Source: Leptospira biflexa
GTDB taxonomy: Bacteria; Spirochaetota; UBA4802; JAGODF01
Direction: 5' to 3'
Assembly: GCA_020721925.1 (NCBI GenBank)
Contig: DYLV01000002.1
Coordinates: 9,624-67,798, forward strand
DNA: 58,175 nucleotides
Each line of letters begins with the position of its first letter. Position 1 is the stretch's first letter. A program made the position numbers and the translations under genes. The notes below the pieces were generated by a model. The model was not told where the DNA came from, ran no database searches, and saw only the letters and a program-made list of their open reading frames with translations. Positions 1 to 9,720 of the stretch are shown here, piece by piece.

Positions 1-55
1 CGGCAATGATTGCTCTATGCTTGGCCGCGTTAGTGATATTCTGATATTTCTTCAT
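1..55 (-). CDS. 5' end of an unidentified gene that runs off the window; only 18 codons are visible (MKKYQNITNAAKHRAIIA)
   Basis: The ATG at 55-53 overlaps the TGA (54-52) of the upstream gene in an ATGA arrangement. The frame stays open to position 1. Too short to identify. Confidence 0.25.
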   Translation of the reverse strand, partial: MKKYQNITNAAKHRAIIA

Positions 56-1575
56 ATGGTATGTTCTAAAAGCCCGCTCTGTTCCAGATAGGTTAGGATT
101 TTACCAATTTCCCTGTCGAGTAAATTCAGTGCCCCATCATAGAGCGCTACCACCTGTTTTTTATCTTCTTCACTATCTTCATTCCCAAAATTTGCATTTC
201 CTCCTTCAGTGCGTATAATAACCTGTTTATAGTATTTATAAGGGCCTCGATACGCCGGATCCGCATACATCGCATAATAGGGATACGGAACGGCATAGGG
301 GAAATGGGTGATGGAATAAAAAGTAGTTATGAAAAAAGGGCGTCCTCTACAGCTTCGTATTGCATCAATGGTCTCCTGCGTGACTGCTTTATGATGGGAG
401 TATTTGGCAATGCCGCGAAGTTCAGGGAAAAACCAATCCCCAACCCTGTTTGAAATAAACGGCAAGAGAAATGTCTGCTTCTCAAGAAGCATCTGCACCA
501 GAAAAGTATCAAAATTAAATGTGAGTGCACGTATATCGTCAAACCCCAGTTCTATGCGCGGGAAAATATCACCCGCGTAATCAGATATCACTGCGGTATA
601 ATATCCCCGCTCCCTGAGAATTTTTGGCACTGACGGCAGCGCTACATTTCTTTCGCGTGATCGGGGAAACATATGCTTGATGTCGTGCGTCAACGGATAC
701 TGCGACGTAAGAAGGCTCACCCATGCAGGGAATGTTCTTGGAAGTGCGGATATCACTCCGCGAAACTGAATCGATTTTTTTATAAGCTCATCGATATTCG
801 GTGTCGTGTTGCGCGAATACCCATTGCCGCTGAAATGATCCGGACGCACTGCATCAGAAGCAAGCACCAGGATATTGGGCATTGTTGGTCGGCTTTTATG
901 GAAAATAACATTTCGATATAGAACCCATATGAGAAAACAAATCGATATCAAACCAAAGAGTGCAATCACACTTCGGCGTGTGAGGCGATGTGATACCTGT
1001 GAAATAACATGTTTAAACACAGCACTTCGCCATATACGAATTGCAACAATTACACAGGCAACACCCGCCAGCAGACTCGCAAGGGCGCGCGGCACATGCG
1101 GATTAATATGATCCGTACAAAACTCAAGATAATTTTCAAAAATTCGCGCATGTGTTGCAAAATTATCAACGTACAACTGTGGATGTATAATCAGCTTTTC
1201 CGTAAAGACAAGAATAACAAACAGCAATAGCATGCACACGGAAAAACTCGTTTGAACGATTTTTTTTTTGAAAAAATTCACTTTGCTCTTTAAAATCTCG
1301 CATGCCGCATAAAAAAGCGCTCCTATCACCGCACCGGAGAACAGATATCCAACAAGAATTTTAAACACATGATAGAGTATTTTCCACCAGAAGCGTTGAA
1401 TGATTTGCCGTATTACCTCCTCATTGGTGTTTCCCATATACGAAAGCGTAAAATTCAATGCATTTGAAAAAACGAACAGCGCCAAAAAAACCAGCGTACC
1501 GGGCAGCCAGTATTGCCGGAACCTCCACAAATGCTGCAGCAGACTCCCAATTTTTTGAATGATTATGCGCATCAT
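52..1575 (-). CDS. Membrane-anchored alkaline-phosphatase-superfamily enzyme (sulfatase / LtaS / EptA-like transferase)
   Basis: The N-terminal ~220 aa contain several hydrophobic helices. A sulfatase-type core follows, with NILVLASDAVRPDHFSGNGY (metal-binding block) and ALPRTFPAWVSLLTSQYP (Thr-nucleophile-type block). Confidence 0.75.
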   Translation of the reverse strand: MMRIIIQKIGSLLQHLWRFRQYWLPGTLVFLALFVFSNALNFTLSYMGNTNEEVIRQIIQRFWWKILYHVFKILVGYLFSGAVIGALFYAACEILKSKVNFFKKKIVQTSFSVCMLLLFVILVFTEKLIIHPQLYVDNFATHARIFENYLEFCTDHINPHVPRALASLLAGVACVIVAIRIWRSAVFKHVISQVSHRLTRRSVIALFGLISICFLIWVLYRNVIFHKSRPTMPNILVLASDAVRPDHFSGNGYSRNTTPNIDELIKKSIQFRGVISALPRTFPAWVSLLTSQYPLTHDIKHMFPRSRERNVALPSVPKILRERGYYTAVISDYAGDIFPRIELGFDDIRALTFNFDTFLVQMLLEKQTFLLPFISNRVGDWFFPELRGIAKYSHHKAVTQETIDAIRSCRGRPFFITTFYSITHFPYAVPYPYYAMYADPAYRGPYKYYKQVIIRTEGGNANFGNEDSEEDKKQVVALYDGALNLLDREIGKILTYLEQSGLLEHTI

Positions 1576-1600
1576 TTTATTGCATCACAAATACAGTTTG

Positions 1601-2281
1601 TTACGGCACTGGCATCATGCTCTTCACACTTCCCACGCTGAACAGCTCATCTATTGCCTGCAAAAGAACTACCATATATTTCACCATTGATGGCGCAAAA
1701 AGTAAAGGATGAAAATCTTTTCTTGAAACCTTTTCCCGGATGAGCGTTTCCCCGTTAAATCCCTCTATCTCAAAAGAAAAATCCTCCCTCATCAAGTGAG
1801 CCAGATCGCTCAGACGCACGGCATAGATGCCTTCCACTTCTCCATCGTTAAATTTATATTTTTCCAGCGACCGCTCGTCGACGTATAGATACACGTGTTG
1901 AAATTCCCGATGAAAAACCTTCTCATCGATTTCCTCATATCGAAAAAATCCCAGATCAACCAGCTCGCGTTCATCGGGTTCAATTCCGATTTCTTCGCGC
2001 GCTTCCTTTTGAATTTTCCCTTCCATTACTCCAAAAGTTACATGCCCACCAACGGTAATATCAAGGCAATTGGGATACATTTCCTTAATGCGCGCCCTCT
2101 TCTGGAATAACACCTCGGGCTCTCCGCCAGAAAAACGCAAAACCCACAGGTGTACACCTTCATGCGCTATGCCGTTTTTATGTGCATATCCCCTTGGAAC
2201 TGATGTGCCCGTCGGTCTGGCAGTTTCCCAATCCCATTTTTCAAGCAATTCGGCACCCTGATCGCGCACTTCTTCTACCAT
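1601..2281 (-). CDS. Nudix hydrolase
   Basis: Nudix box GGHVTFGVMEGKIQKEAREEIGI. The ATG at 2281-2279 shares its A with the TGA (2283-2281) of the upstream gene, giving a TGATG stop-start overlap. Confidence 0.85.
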   Translation of the reverse strand: MVEEVRDQGAELLEKWDWETARPTGTSVPRGYAHKNGIAHEGVHLWVLRFSGGEPEVLFQKRARIKEMYPNCLDITVGGHVTFGVMEGKIQKEAREEIGIEPDERELVDLGFFRYEEIDEKVFHREFQHVYLYVDERSLEKYKFNDGEVEGIYAVRLSDLAHLMREDFSFEIEGFNGETLIREKVSRKDFHPLLFAPSMVKYMVVLLQAIDELFSVGSVKSMMPVP

Positions 2282-4986
2282 CACAATTTCTCCACAATTC
2301 CTGTTGAGCCGTTCATTCGCACTTTTTCCCCACTGGATAGTTTTTCAGTTATTCCGCGCAATCCAACAATTGTCGGAATCCCCATCTCTCGAGCCACAAC
2401 TGCAGAATGAGAAAGGACACTGCCCCTTTCAATAATGATCCCGCTGACCGAAGGGAAAAGTGGCACCCACCCAGGATCGGTTCTTTTCGCGACTAAAATT
2501 TCTCCGTTGAGCTTTGCATCGATCGGTGAGAGAACAATTTTTACCGGCCCTTCGATCACACCCGGGCAACATGGCACCCCTTTAAATACGTTAGGTACAT
2601 CGGTTTCTCCTCCCCCGACCTCGTCATCGGATGCGATATCAAGGCGTCTGCCCGCATAAAAATCCCCGAAATAATACATCCTCTCAGGCATATCCATTCT
2701 TCGAAATTCTCTATCCCTCTTTTTGCGAAGCATAATAAGGTCTTTCACAATGCCGACATTGAGCGAGCGCCCTTCTATAAGTTCGAATATTTCATTCAGA
2801 TGAAGAAAAAACACATCCTCAGGTTTATCAATAAGTTTTTCCTTCCAGAAAATATTTCCTATCCTTTTAAACATTCTCCGCTCAATCCCGAAAATTTTTG
2901 TCCGCATGAAGCGAAGCTCTTCCCGGTTTCTGATAGCTTTCCTGGCATTTTTCAGCACCATCTTAAAGAAAATTTTTTTCAATCCTCTCAGTTTAGAAAA
3001 AATCACGAATTCTGCTTTCCGGCATATTTCCTTTTCCCGGCGTTCTTGTGCTTCCAGATCGATTGGTTCTTTCTGGAGATAGTTTTTCAGCATTGTGAAG
3101 AGAAACACGGGATCTTCTTTGAGCGAAGTCTCCTCGAGCTTGAGTTCGTTCATGCATCGGAAGCCATATTCTGAAATATAGCGCTGCAATGTAAATCGAA
3201 TTTCTTCCAGATCCATATCTTTACTGTATAATATCAGATCGATGAGTTCCCTCTCCTTTTTTTTGTTGAACAGTTTGCGAAGGGACTCGTCCCTCTGAAT
3301 CCAGTTCGCAATTTTAATGATTTCCTTGGTTGGCTTTGTGCTTTCCAGATCGCCCTGCCCGCTTAAAAGATCGTTCTGAAGATTTTCTCCCCCTTCAATG
3401 TTCAGGCTTTTTATTGTTTTTGTAAGCATTCCAAAAAAAATCATCGTATAAAGATCGTTCACTATCGGAGCTTTCCATTCTCTGAGGACTTTGCGTATGA
3501 AAAAGTTGTACAGACTGACGATGTCAGCGCTTGTATATTTTTCAAACGTCTCATCCATATATTGAGATGTTGCGTTATAGAAATTTTTAATGAATCTATC
3601 GATCTTACGATCCAGGGTCATCAGATGATATAAAACCATCGAAATTCCCTTCAAAGCAAAAGGAATTTCGTACAATATTTTCTTAACCAGTGAAATATGT
3701 TCGGCCTTATGGATATCGACGGGATTTTTCACCCCCATCATGTTTTCCATAAATTCCTTATTCAGGTTATATCCCGGCAAAAGCTGTAGGGAGATAAACC
3801 AACTGTTGAGATTGTAATACACCCGCCCATTGATATATGCGAGCATATTCCTGAATACTTCGGATAGCGATTCAATTTTACCAGGCGGAGTTCCCATCAA
3901 TTCATAAAACTGTCTGTACACCGCCTCGTACATGGTGCTTGCGAATGAAAAGGTGAGCGGGCTCGTGACGCCGGAAAAGCTTTCGATGATATTTGAATTA
4001 TCAAAGATCGTCCTGTGCATAGATCGATTGATACCGCTGAATGTGGTGATCGGCCTTGACTGCAAAATATAGAATATGCCATCCTTTATGCACCATTCAA
4101 TATCTTGAAAAACCCCGCCGAAAAGCGCTTCTATTTTTCTTGCCATCTCAGCAAGCCCATAGACTTCCTTTTCTGAAAGCGCCGGTTTTTCCCATAATGC
4201 TGCATCGACCGTCTTTTTTGCCGTCCCTGATTTGCGAACATCGTCAAATGAAATTTTTTTCTTCTTGGCGGCTATTCTGGAACGAACGATTTTATTTTTC
4301 AGATCGATTATCCAGCTGTCCGTGTCGAGTTCACCCGATACCACACCTTCACCGATACCATACGCCGCATTTACCAAAATCTGATCAGTGTTATTATTTA
4401 GCGGATTCGCGGTAAAAACCACCCCGGAAACATCGCCGAATACCATTTCCTGAATAATCACTGCGGGCCGCACTCCCGCAATAGGAAGGCGGTTATTGAT
4501 ACGATAGCTCATCACCCGCTGAGAAAACGCCGACGCAAAACATCTCTTTATGGCCGTAAATAATTCCTCTCCATATCGCACATAGAGGAAGCTCTCAAGT
4601 TGGCCGGCAAAAGAGTATTGCATTGAATCCTCATCGACCGCAGACGACCGCACAGAAAAATACAAATTTGAACAATCTCCGAAATGCGCAAAAAGGCTCT
4701 TTTCTACCACATCCTTTATAGTCTGTTCAAACCGCTTCCCGCGAATAAGGCGGCTAATCGCCTCACAGCTTTCTGTAAGATTTTTTCCTTTAATTTTCTT
4801 CGATGATAACAGCGCATCTATTCTTGTTATATCATCTCCCATAAACATTTCAAAACATTGCACGGTGAGAGAAATCCAGCGAGGCACATTGATGCCGTTT
4901 CGCGTCAACAAATCGAGATTTTTCGCCTTTCCCCCTATCGATACACTATCGGATTTGCTTCCGGAAACATACACCAAATCACCCAT
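2281..4986 (-). CDS. PEP/pyruvate-binding (ATP-grasp) plus PEP-utilising mobile His-domain phosphotransferase, with rifampicin-phosphotransferase-like architecture
   Basis: The N-terminus has GGKAKNLDLLTRNGINVPRW and IEWCIKDGIFYILQSRPITT (PPDK_N type). The C-terminus has a swivel domain, ILVAKRTDPGWVPLFPSVSGIIIERGSVLSHSAVVAREMGIPTIVG. No C-terminal TIM-barrel PEP-binding domain is present. The ATG at 4986 lies 9 nt after GGAGGAG; the ORF track starts at a TTG at 4995. Confidence 0.85.
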   Translation of the reverse strand: MGDLVYVSGSKSDSVSIGGKAKNLDLLTRNGINVPRWISLTVQCFEMFMGDDITRIDALLSSKKIKGKNLTESCEAISRLIRGKRFEQTIKDVVEKSLFAHFGDCSNLYFSVRSSAVDEDSMQYSFAGQLESFLYVRYGEELFTAIKRCFASAFSQRVMSYRINNRLPIAGVRPAVIIQEMVFGDVSGVVFTANPLNNNTDQILVNAAYGIGEGVVSGELDTDSWIIDLKNKIVRSRIAAKKKKISFDDVRKSGTAKKTVDAALWEKPALSEKEVYGLAEMARKIEALFGGVFQDIEWCIKDGIFYILQSRPITTFSGINRSMHRTIFDNSNIIESFSGVTSPLTFSFASTMYEAVYRQFYELMGTPPGKIESLSEVFRNMLAYINGRVYYNLNSWFISLQLLPGYNLNKEFMENMMGVKNPVDIHKAEHISLVKKILYEIPFALKGISMVLYHLMTLDRKIDRFIKNFYNATSQYMDETFEKYTSADIVSLYNFFIRKVLREWKAPIVNDLYTMIFFGMLTKTIKSLNIEGGENLQNDLLSGQGDLESTKPTKEIIKIANWIQRDESLRKLFNKKKERELIDLILYSKDMDLEEIRFTLQRYISEYGFRCMNELKLEETSLKEDPVFLFTMLKNYLQKEPIDLEAQERREKEICRKAEFVIFSKLRGLKKIFFKMVLKNARKAIRNREELRFMRTKIFGIERRMFKRIGNIFWKEKLIDKPEDVFFLHLNEIFELIEGRSLNVGIVKDLIMLRKKRDREFRRMDMPERMYYFGDFYAGRRLDIASDDEVGGGETDVPNVFKGVPCCPGVIEGPVKIVLSPIDAKLNGEILVAKRTDPGWVPLFPSVSGIIIERGSVLSHSAVVAREMGIPTIVGLRGITEKLSSGEKVRMNGSTGIVEKL

Positions 4987-5291
4987 GCCACACAACTCCT
5001 CCGTATAATTAAATGCGAAAAGCGAAAAATATTAATGTGGTAATTTTTTTCAACCCATTATCCGGTTCACCTGTTTTGATTAATTCTTAAAATCACGCAT
5101 GATGCCAGTCTTATTCTCCTCAAATATAGAATTTCAATTATAAGTAATAAAGCCATTAAAATGCATATAATATGACCACATTATTTAAGATCCAATTATC
5201 GAAATAGTGGAAATATTATGAAATTTTCTAATTTTTTTTCATTTTTTGACGAAAATACACATAGAAATACTCCATGGAAGGAGGTAAGGTT

Positions 5292-5537
5292 ATGCAAGTC
5301 AACGGATTGACAGCGTATGCAATTTCAACCGCTGGAAGACCAGCCGAAGCACCGCAAATCTCCGAGCATGGTGCGGAAAATCCACAGCCCGTGCAGAATC
5401 AAGAAACTAAAATTGAAGACATCACCATGGACCTCGAAGAAATGAAAAATTTTCTTTTTATGATGCTACGCGGCGGTGCAATTACTTTAGAAAAAGATTC
5501 TGCGAGAATAGGAACTCTTGTGAACAAGCTGGTATAA
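5292..5537 (+). CDS. Small hypothetical protein (81 aa)
   Basis: AGGAGG at 5279-5284 lies 7 nt upstream of the ATG at 5292. The ORF sits alone in a ~0.9 kb AT-rich intergenic region. No family recognised. Confidence 0.5.
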   Translation: MQVNGLTAYAISTAGRPAEAPQISEHGAENPQPVQNQETKIEDITMDLEEMKNFLFMMLRGGAITLEKDSARIGTLVNKLV

Positions 5538-5965
5538 TACCTGTGGGCCTGCTCATTCCCGGTGAGGTCAGGCGAGTTGGACGTAAAAAAATTTTGATAA
5601 TGAATATCCAAAACCGAACCTGGAGTGAAAATAAAAACGAATTGTAATATTTCGTCATAGTCGGCAAAGTCACCTCAATAAAAAATTATATTTTAAAATT
5701 TTTTTGTTGACTAAAAATACCTTTTTCTAAAAATAAAAAAACAGTTTATATTTAATAATCATTATTATGTCTTATGACAAATCGCAATATTCCCTTTTGA
5801 TAGATATTGTAATTTTTTATTAAATGCCATGAGTAAGGATCTCCAGGAAAAATCCGACAAGCTGATCAAAGAGCTGAAGGACTGTCTTGTCCCTCTCTCT
5901 GAAGAAATAAAAAAGCTCAAACTCAGCGACTCAAACAAAAGCCAACAATAGTTAAGGGGTTAGAT

Positions 5966-6574
5966 ATGCCGGCAAAAGGACAAAAAAGAAAACAGCAGAT
6001 TATTGAAATCGCGAAAGAGATGTTTATCCAGAACGGCTTTCAGAGCACGCATATCGGACAGGTTTGCGAAAAACTCAATATTGCCAGGGGCACGGTATAC
6101 CAGTATTTCGGCAATAAAAGGGAAATCCTGTATGCAATCATGGAAAAGGTCGAAGAGCAGATCGATGACATCCTTGATATGGAGGATCTCCGTGATTTCT
6201 ACAAAGGCAACCCGAATGCAAAATCAATAAGCAAGTTTGTTGCAGACCGGCTTGCCGCCATCATCAATGCCTTTCTTGAAGAACCGATTGTCATCAAACT
6301 CATTTATAAAGACATCATAGGAATAGATGCTGAAGTCATTGCCAGAGTTCATAAGTTTCAGGAATTCATCACAAAACTGCTTGTTCGCGACGTGGAGGAA
6401 ATAAAAAAACGCGGCTTTTACAAGAAAAACCTCAATCCCGAAATTACTGCGCTCATGCTCATTGGCGGTGTACAGTTTATTGTCTATGAATTTACCCGCA
6501 AAGAGCGAAACGTGCTCGATAAGGAAATTCTTGAAGCAATTGTGAACAATTACATTTTGGGCGTATTAAAATGA
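5966..6574 (+). CDS. TetR/AcrR family transcriptional regulator
   Basis: N-terminal HTH: IIEIAKEMFIQNGFQSTHIGQVCEKLNIARGTVYQYFGNKREILYAI. The ~200 aa length is typical. Confidence 0.9.
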   Translation: MPAKGQKRKQQIIEIAKEMFIQNGFQSTHIGQVCEKLNIARGTVYQYFGNKREILYAIMEKVEEQIDDILDMEDLRDFYKGNPNAKSISKFVADRLAAIINAFLEEPIVIKLIYKDIIGIDAEVIARVHKFQEFITKLLVRDVEEIKKRGFYKKNLNPEITALMLIGGVQFIVYEFTRKERNVLDKEILEAIVNNYILGVLK

Positions 6575-6578
6575 AAAT

Positions 6579-7982
6579 ATGCGCATAAATAGAATTACAA
6601 TTGACAGAAACCCGGTGATTCCGGGTTTTTCTTTGTTTATGATATGCATACGTACAATATTCAAGCCTCTGCTGCACAAATGTATTTTTTTAGCGATATT
6701 CATTTTTTTCATGGGAATTGCCTTCGTCCACGCAGAAACCAGCCCAGATGAAAATGCTTATGCCGACATCACAAGCTTCGACGAGGCACGCATCCGGAGG
6801 GGATTGGAATACATTACTGCCCACAAGCCCAAAAACCTTATTCCTCTTCTTAAAAACATTCTCCTTGAAAAGGGTCAGAACGAACTACATGCGCATGTGA
6901 TCACCGCACTGAAGAGCTACCCGCTTTACGAGAACATACTTCTATGGACAGACATTCTGAACGAATCGCCGTCTTTTTTTGTGAAAATTGAGGCAATAAA
7001 TCTCCTTGCAAGCCTTAACAGACGTGAAATAATCACACCGATTATGAAACAGCTTAAAAGCCCCTTCTCATCGGTGAGAGAAGCTTCAATTCAGGCACTG
7101 AAAAAATTCAGGGATGACAGGGTATATGCATATGTACTAAATCTTGCCGCAAGCGACAATCCGCTTTTCAGGGTCTATGCGCTCAATACGGTTTATCATA
7201 TCTACGACAGCCGTCTTTACAATTTCCTCGTCGATCAGTTAAAAGACGAAAATAAATCCATCCGCTATCAGGCTCTTCTGTGCCTTGAGAAAAATGAGCC
7301 TGTAAAATCAATCAACCATATCAGCAATCTCGCGGTGCACGATAAAAACTCCGAGGTCCGCGTGAAAGCAATTGAAATACTTGCAAAAGTCGCATATTTC
7401 AATCCATTGCCTATCTTCCTTCGATGCTTAGATGATGAGCATCGGGATATTCGATACGCTTCTGTACAATCTATCGGCAAAAGAAAATTCAAGCAGACTT
7501 CATTCTCGCTGTCCAATCGATTGTATGTAGAAAAGGAAGACGACATTAAAAGAATCATCATGAGTACGCTTGCCGATTTTAAGGATGGGGGCGGATACAA
7601 GGGGCTTGGAAAAATCATTAAAACCGATGAAAATCCTCATCTCCGCATCCATGCGGCATACTGCATTGGCGAAATAGGCCAATTAAATGGACTTCCGCTT
7701 TTAATCGATGCGGTAAAAGATTCAGATTATCGCGTTCGCGCCGAAGCTCTAAGCGCCCTCTCACATTACAAGGAGCTGCGCTCCGCAGAAGTACTCCTTG
7801 CGTCAATCACCAGCGATGATGATATCTATGTGCGTTCTGCTGCGCTGTATGCGCTGAAAAAAATAAAATTGAAGAACACGCTTCTCCCTTTATTTCAGGC
7901 TTATACCGAAGAACATAACAGCATATTCAAGGAACTGCTGAGAGTGTCCATCGCGGAATTGATCACTCACTTTACACGATAA
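6579..7982 (+). CDS. Secreted or membrane-anchored HEAT-repeat (PBS-lyase HEAT-like) protein
   Basis: Hydrophobic signal-like segment IFLAIFIFFMGIAFVHA-ET. Repeated HEAT-type units follow: VREASIQALKKF, FRVYALNTV, IRYQALLCL, VRVKAIEILAKV, IRYASVQSIG, LRIHAAYCIGEIG, VRAEALSALS, VRSAALYALKKI. The true start may be the internal Met at 6639. Confidence 0.7.
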   Translation: MRINRITIDRNPVIPGFSLFMICIRTIFKPLLHKCIFLAIFIFFMGIAFVHAETSPDENAYADITSFDEARIRRGLEYITAHKPKNLIPLLKNILLEKGQNELHAHVITALKSYPLYENILLWTDILNESPSFFVKIEAINLLASLNRREIITPIMKQLKSPFSSVREASIQALKKFRDDRVYAYVLNLAASDNPLFRVYALNTVYHIYDSRLYNFLVDQLKDENKSIRYQALLCLEKNEPVKSINHISNLAVHDKNSEVRVKAIEILAKVAYFNPLPIFLRCLDDEHRDIRYASVQSIGKRKFKQTSFSLSNRLYVEKEDDIKRIIMSTLADFKDGGGYKGLGKIIKTDENPHLRIHAAYCIGEIGQLNGLPLLIDAVKDSDYRVRAEALSALSHYKELRSAEVLLASITSDDDIYVRSAALYALKKIKLKNTLLPLFQAYTEEHNSIFKELLRVSIAELITHFTR

Positions 7983-8026
7983 TATGAGCATGACACGTAT
8001 ATTGTCGACATGAGCAATAGAATAGC

Positions 8027-9673
8027 ATGAAAATCGCAATCGCACAAATAAATCCTATAATTGCAGACATCAAGGGAAATTCGGAAAAAATAATCGAGCA
8101 TCTCAATCGAGCAAAAAATGTGGGTGCGGAGTTAGTCGTTTTCCCCGAAATGGCAGTTATAGGCTATCCGCCGATGGACTTGCTGGAAAACAAAAAGCTC
8201 ATCACCGACAACCTCAATGCCGTCAAAACAATCGCATCGTTCTGTAAGGGAATTTCGGCAATTGTTGGCCATGTCGAATGCAGTTCAAACCGCTCTCCTT
8301 TGCTATTAAACACCGCATCCGTCATACATAACGGGAATATAATTGCCTCTCAGGCAAAAACACTTCTTCCTACATATGATGTGTTCGATGAACTTCGCTA
8401 TTTCACACCGGCCGCTGCGCATAAACCCATTTCACTACTGGGACACACCATCGGCATCACCATCTGCGAGGATATCTGGAATGATTCTGATTTTGATAAT
8501 GTCATATTCAACGAATACCGACACTATGAAATCGATCCTGTCGAAAAGCTTTTCGCGCAAGGAGCAGATTTCATTATTAATATTTCAGCCTCGCCTTATT
8601 GCGTGGGAAAAAATACTGTAAAATGGGACATCCTTCAGTCGATTGCGCGAAAATATCGCGTTTCAATATTATATGTCAATCAGGTGGGCGGCAACGACAG
8701 CCTTATCTTCGACGGAAATAGCATCTTCATCAATGCGCGCGGAGAATTCATTGTCAGAGCAAAAGCTTTTGCTGAAGACATGCTTGTCTTTGATACTGAA
8801 AAGTCACCACCAATCCCCAAGCCCACCGAAAACATTCCCGCAGATATTAAAGACGCGCTGGTTTTAGGGCTGCGCGACTATATGAAAAAATGCGGTTTTT
8901 CAGATGCGGTAATAGGATTGAGCGGGGGCATTGATTCCGCACTCACCGCCACACTTGCCGTCGAAGCGCTGGGCAGCGATCATGTGATCGGCATTACCAT
9001 GCCATCGATGTATTCATCTGCCGGAAGCGTCGATGATTCCATGCAGCTTGCAAAAAACCTCAGGATAAAAATCTACACAATACCGATAGCCGATCTTTAT
9101 TATGAATATCGCAAATCCCTGTCGGATATTTTTCATGAACGTGCGGAAGATGTAACTGAAGAAAATATACAGGCTCGCATTCGCGGCAATCTCCTCATGG
9201 CTGTCAGCAATAAATTCAAAAGCCTGCTTCTCACAACCGGCAATAAATCCGAGCTTGCCATGGGATATTGTACTCTCTACGGTGATATGTCGGGAGGCCT
9301 TGCGGTGATATCGGATCTTCCGAAAACGCTTGTGTATAGACTTGCCCGCTATATTAACAGAGAGCGAGAAATTATTCCGCAGGCAAGCATCGAAAAGCCT
9401 CCTTCCGCAGAGCTTCGGCCCAATCAAAAAGACCAGGACAGCCTTCCACCCTATGAAGTACTCGATAAAATCCTTGAATGCTACATTGAAAAGCGCATGT
9501 CCATGAAAGAAATCGTAGCGCTCGGTTTCGAAGAAAAAACTGTTGCGGAGGTGCTCACCAAAGTGAATCAAAACGAATACAAACGCATTCAGGCCGCACC
9601 TGGTCTAAAAGTGACCTCAAAAGCGTTCGGCATCGGCAGGCGAGTCCCCATCGCACAGAAATTCAAGCCATGA
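8027..9673 (+). CDS. nadE: Glutamine-dependent NAD+ synthetase
   Basis: N-terminal CN-hydrolase domain (MKIAIAQINP..., VVFPEMAVIGYPPMDL, ITICEDIW). C-terminal PP-loop synthetase with GLSGGIDSALTA. 548 aa. Confidence 0.93.
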   Translation: MKIAIAQINPIIADIKGNSEKIIEHLNRAKNVGAELVVFPEMAVIGYPPMDLLENKKLITDNLNAVKTIASFCKGISAIVGHVECSSNRSPLLLNTASVIHNGNIIASQAKTLLPTYDVFDELRYFTPAAAHKPISLLGHTIGITICEDIWNDSDFDNVIFNEYRHYEIDPVEKLFAQGADFIINISASPYCVGKNTVKWDILQSIARKYRVSILYVNQVGGNDSLIFDGNSIFINARGEFIVRAKAFAEDMLVFDTEKSPPIPKPTENIPADIKDALVLGLRDYMKKCGFSDAVIGLSGGIDSALTATLAVEALGSDHVIGITMPSMYSSAGSVDDSMQLAKNLRIKIYTIPIADLYYEYRKSLSDIFHERAEDVTEENIQARIRGNLLMAVSNKFKSLLLTTGNKSELAMGYCTLYGDMSGGLAVISDLPKTLVYRLARYINREREIIPQASIEKPPSAELRPNQKDQDSLPPYEVLDKILECYIEKRMSMKEIVALGFEEKTVAEVLTKVNQNEYKRIQAAPGLKVTSKAFGIGRRVPIAQKFKP

Positions 9674-9720
9674 TGTCTCATTATTTTTAGCATACCCTTG
9701 TGAATGCACACTCTCACACC

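Noticed and set aside
5829-5951. 40-codon K/E-rich ORF just upstream of the TetR gene.
   Set aside because: It is not listed as a feature because no Shine-Dalgarno is visible and it is very short. It is kept only as a note within the spacer finding.
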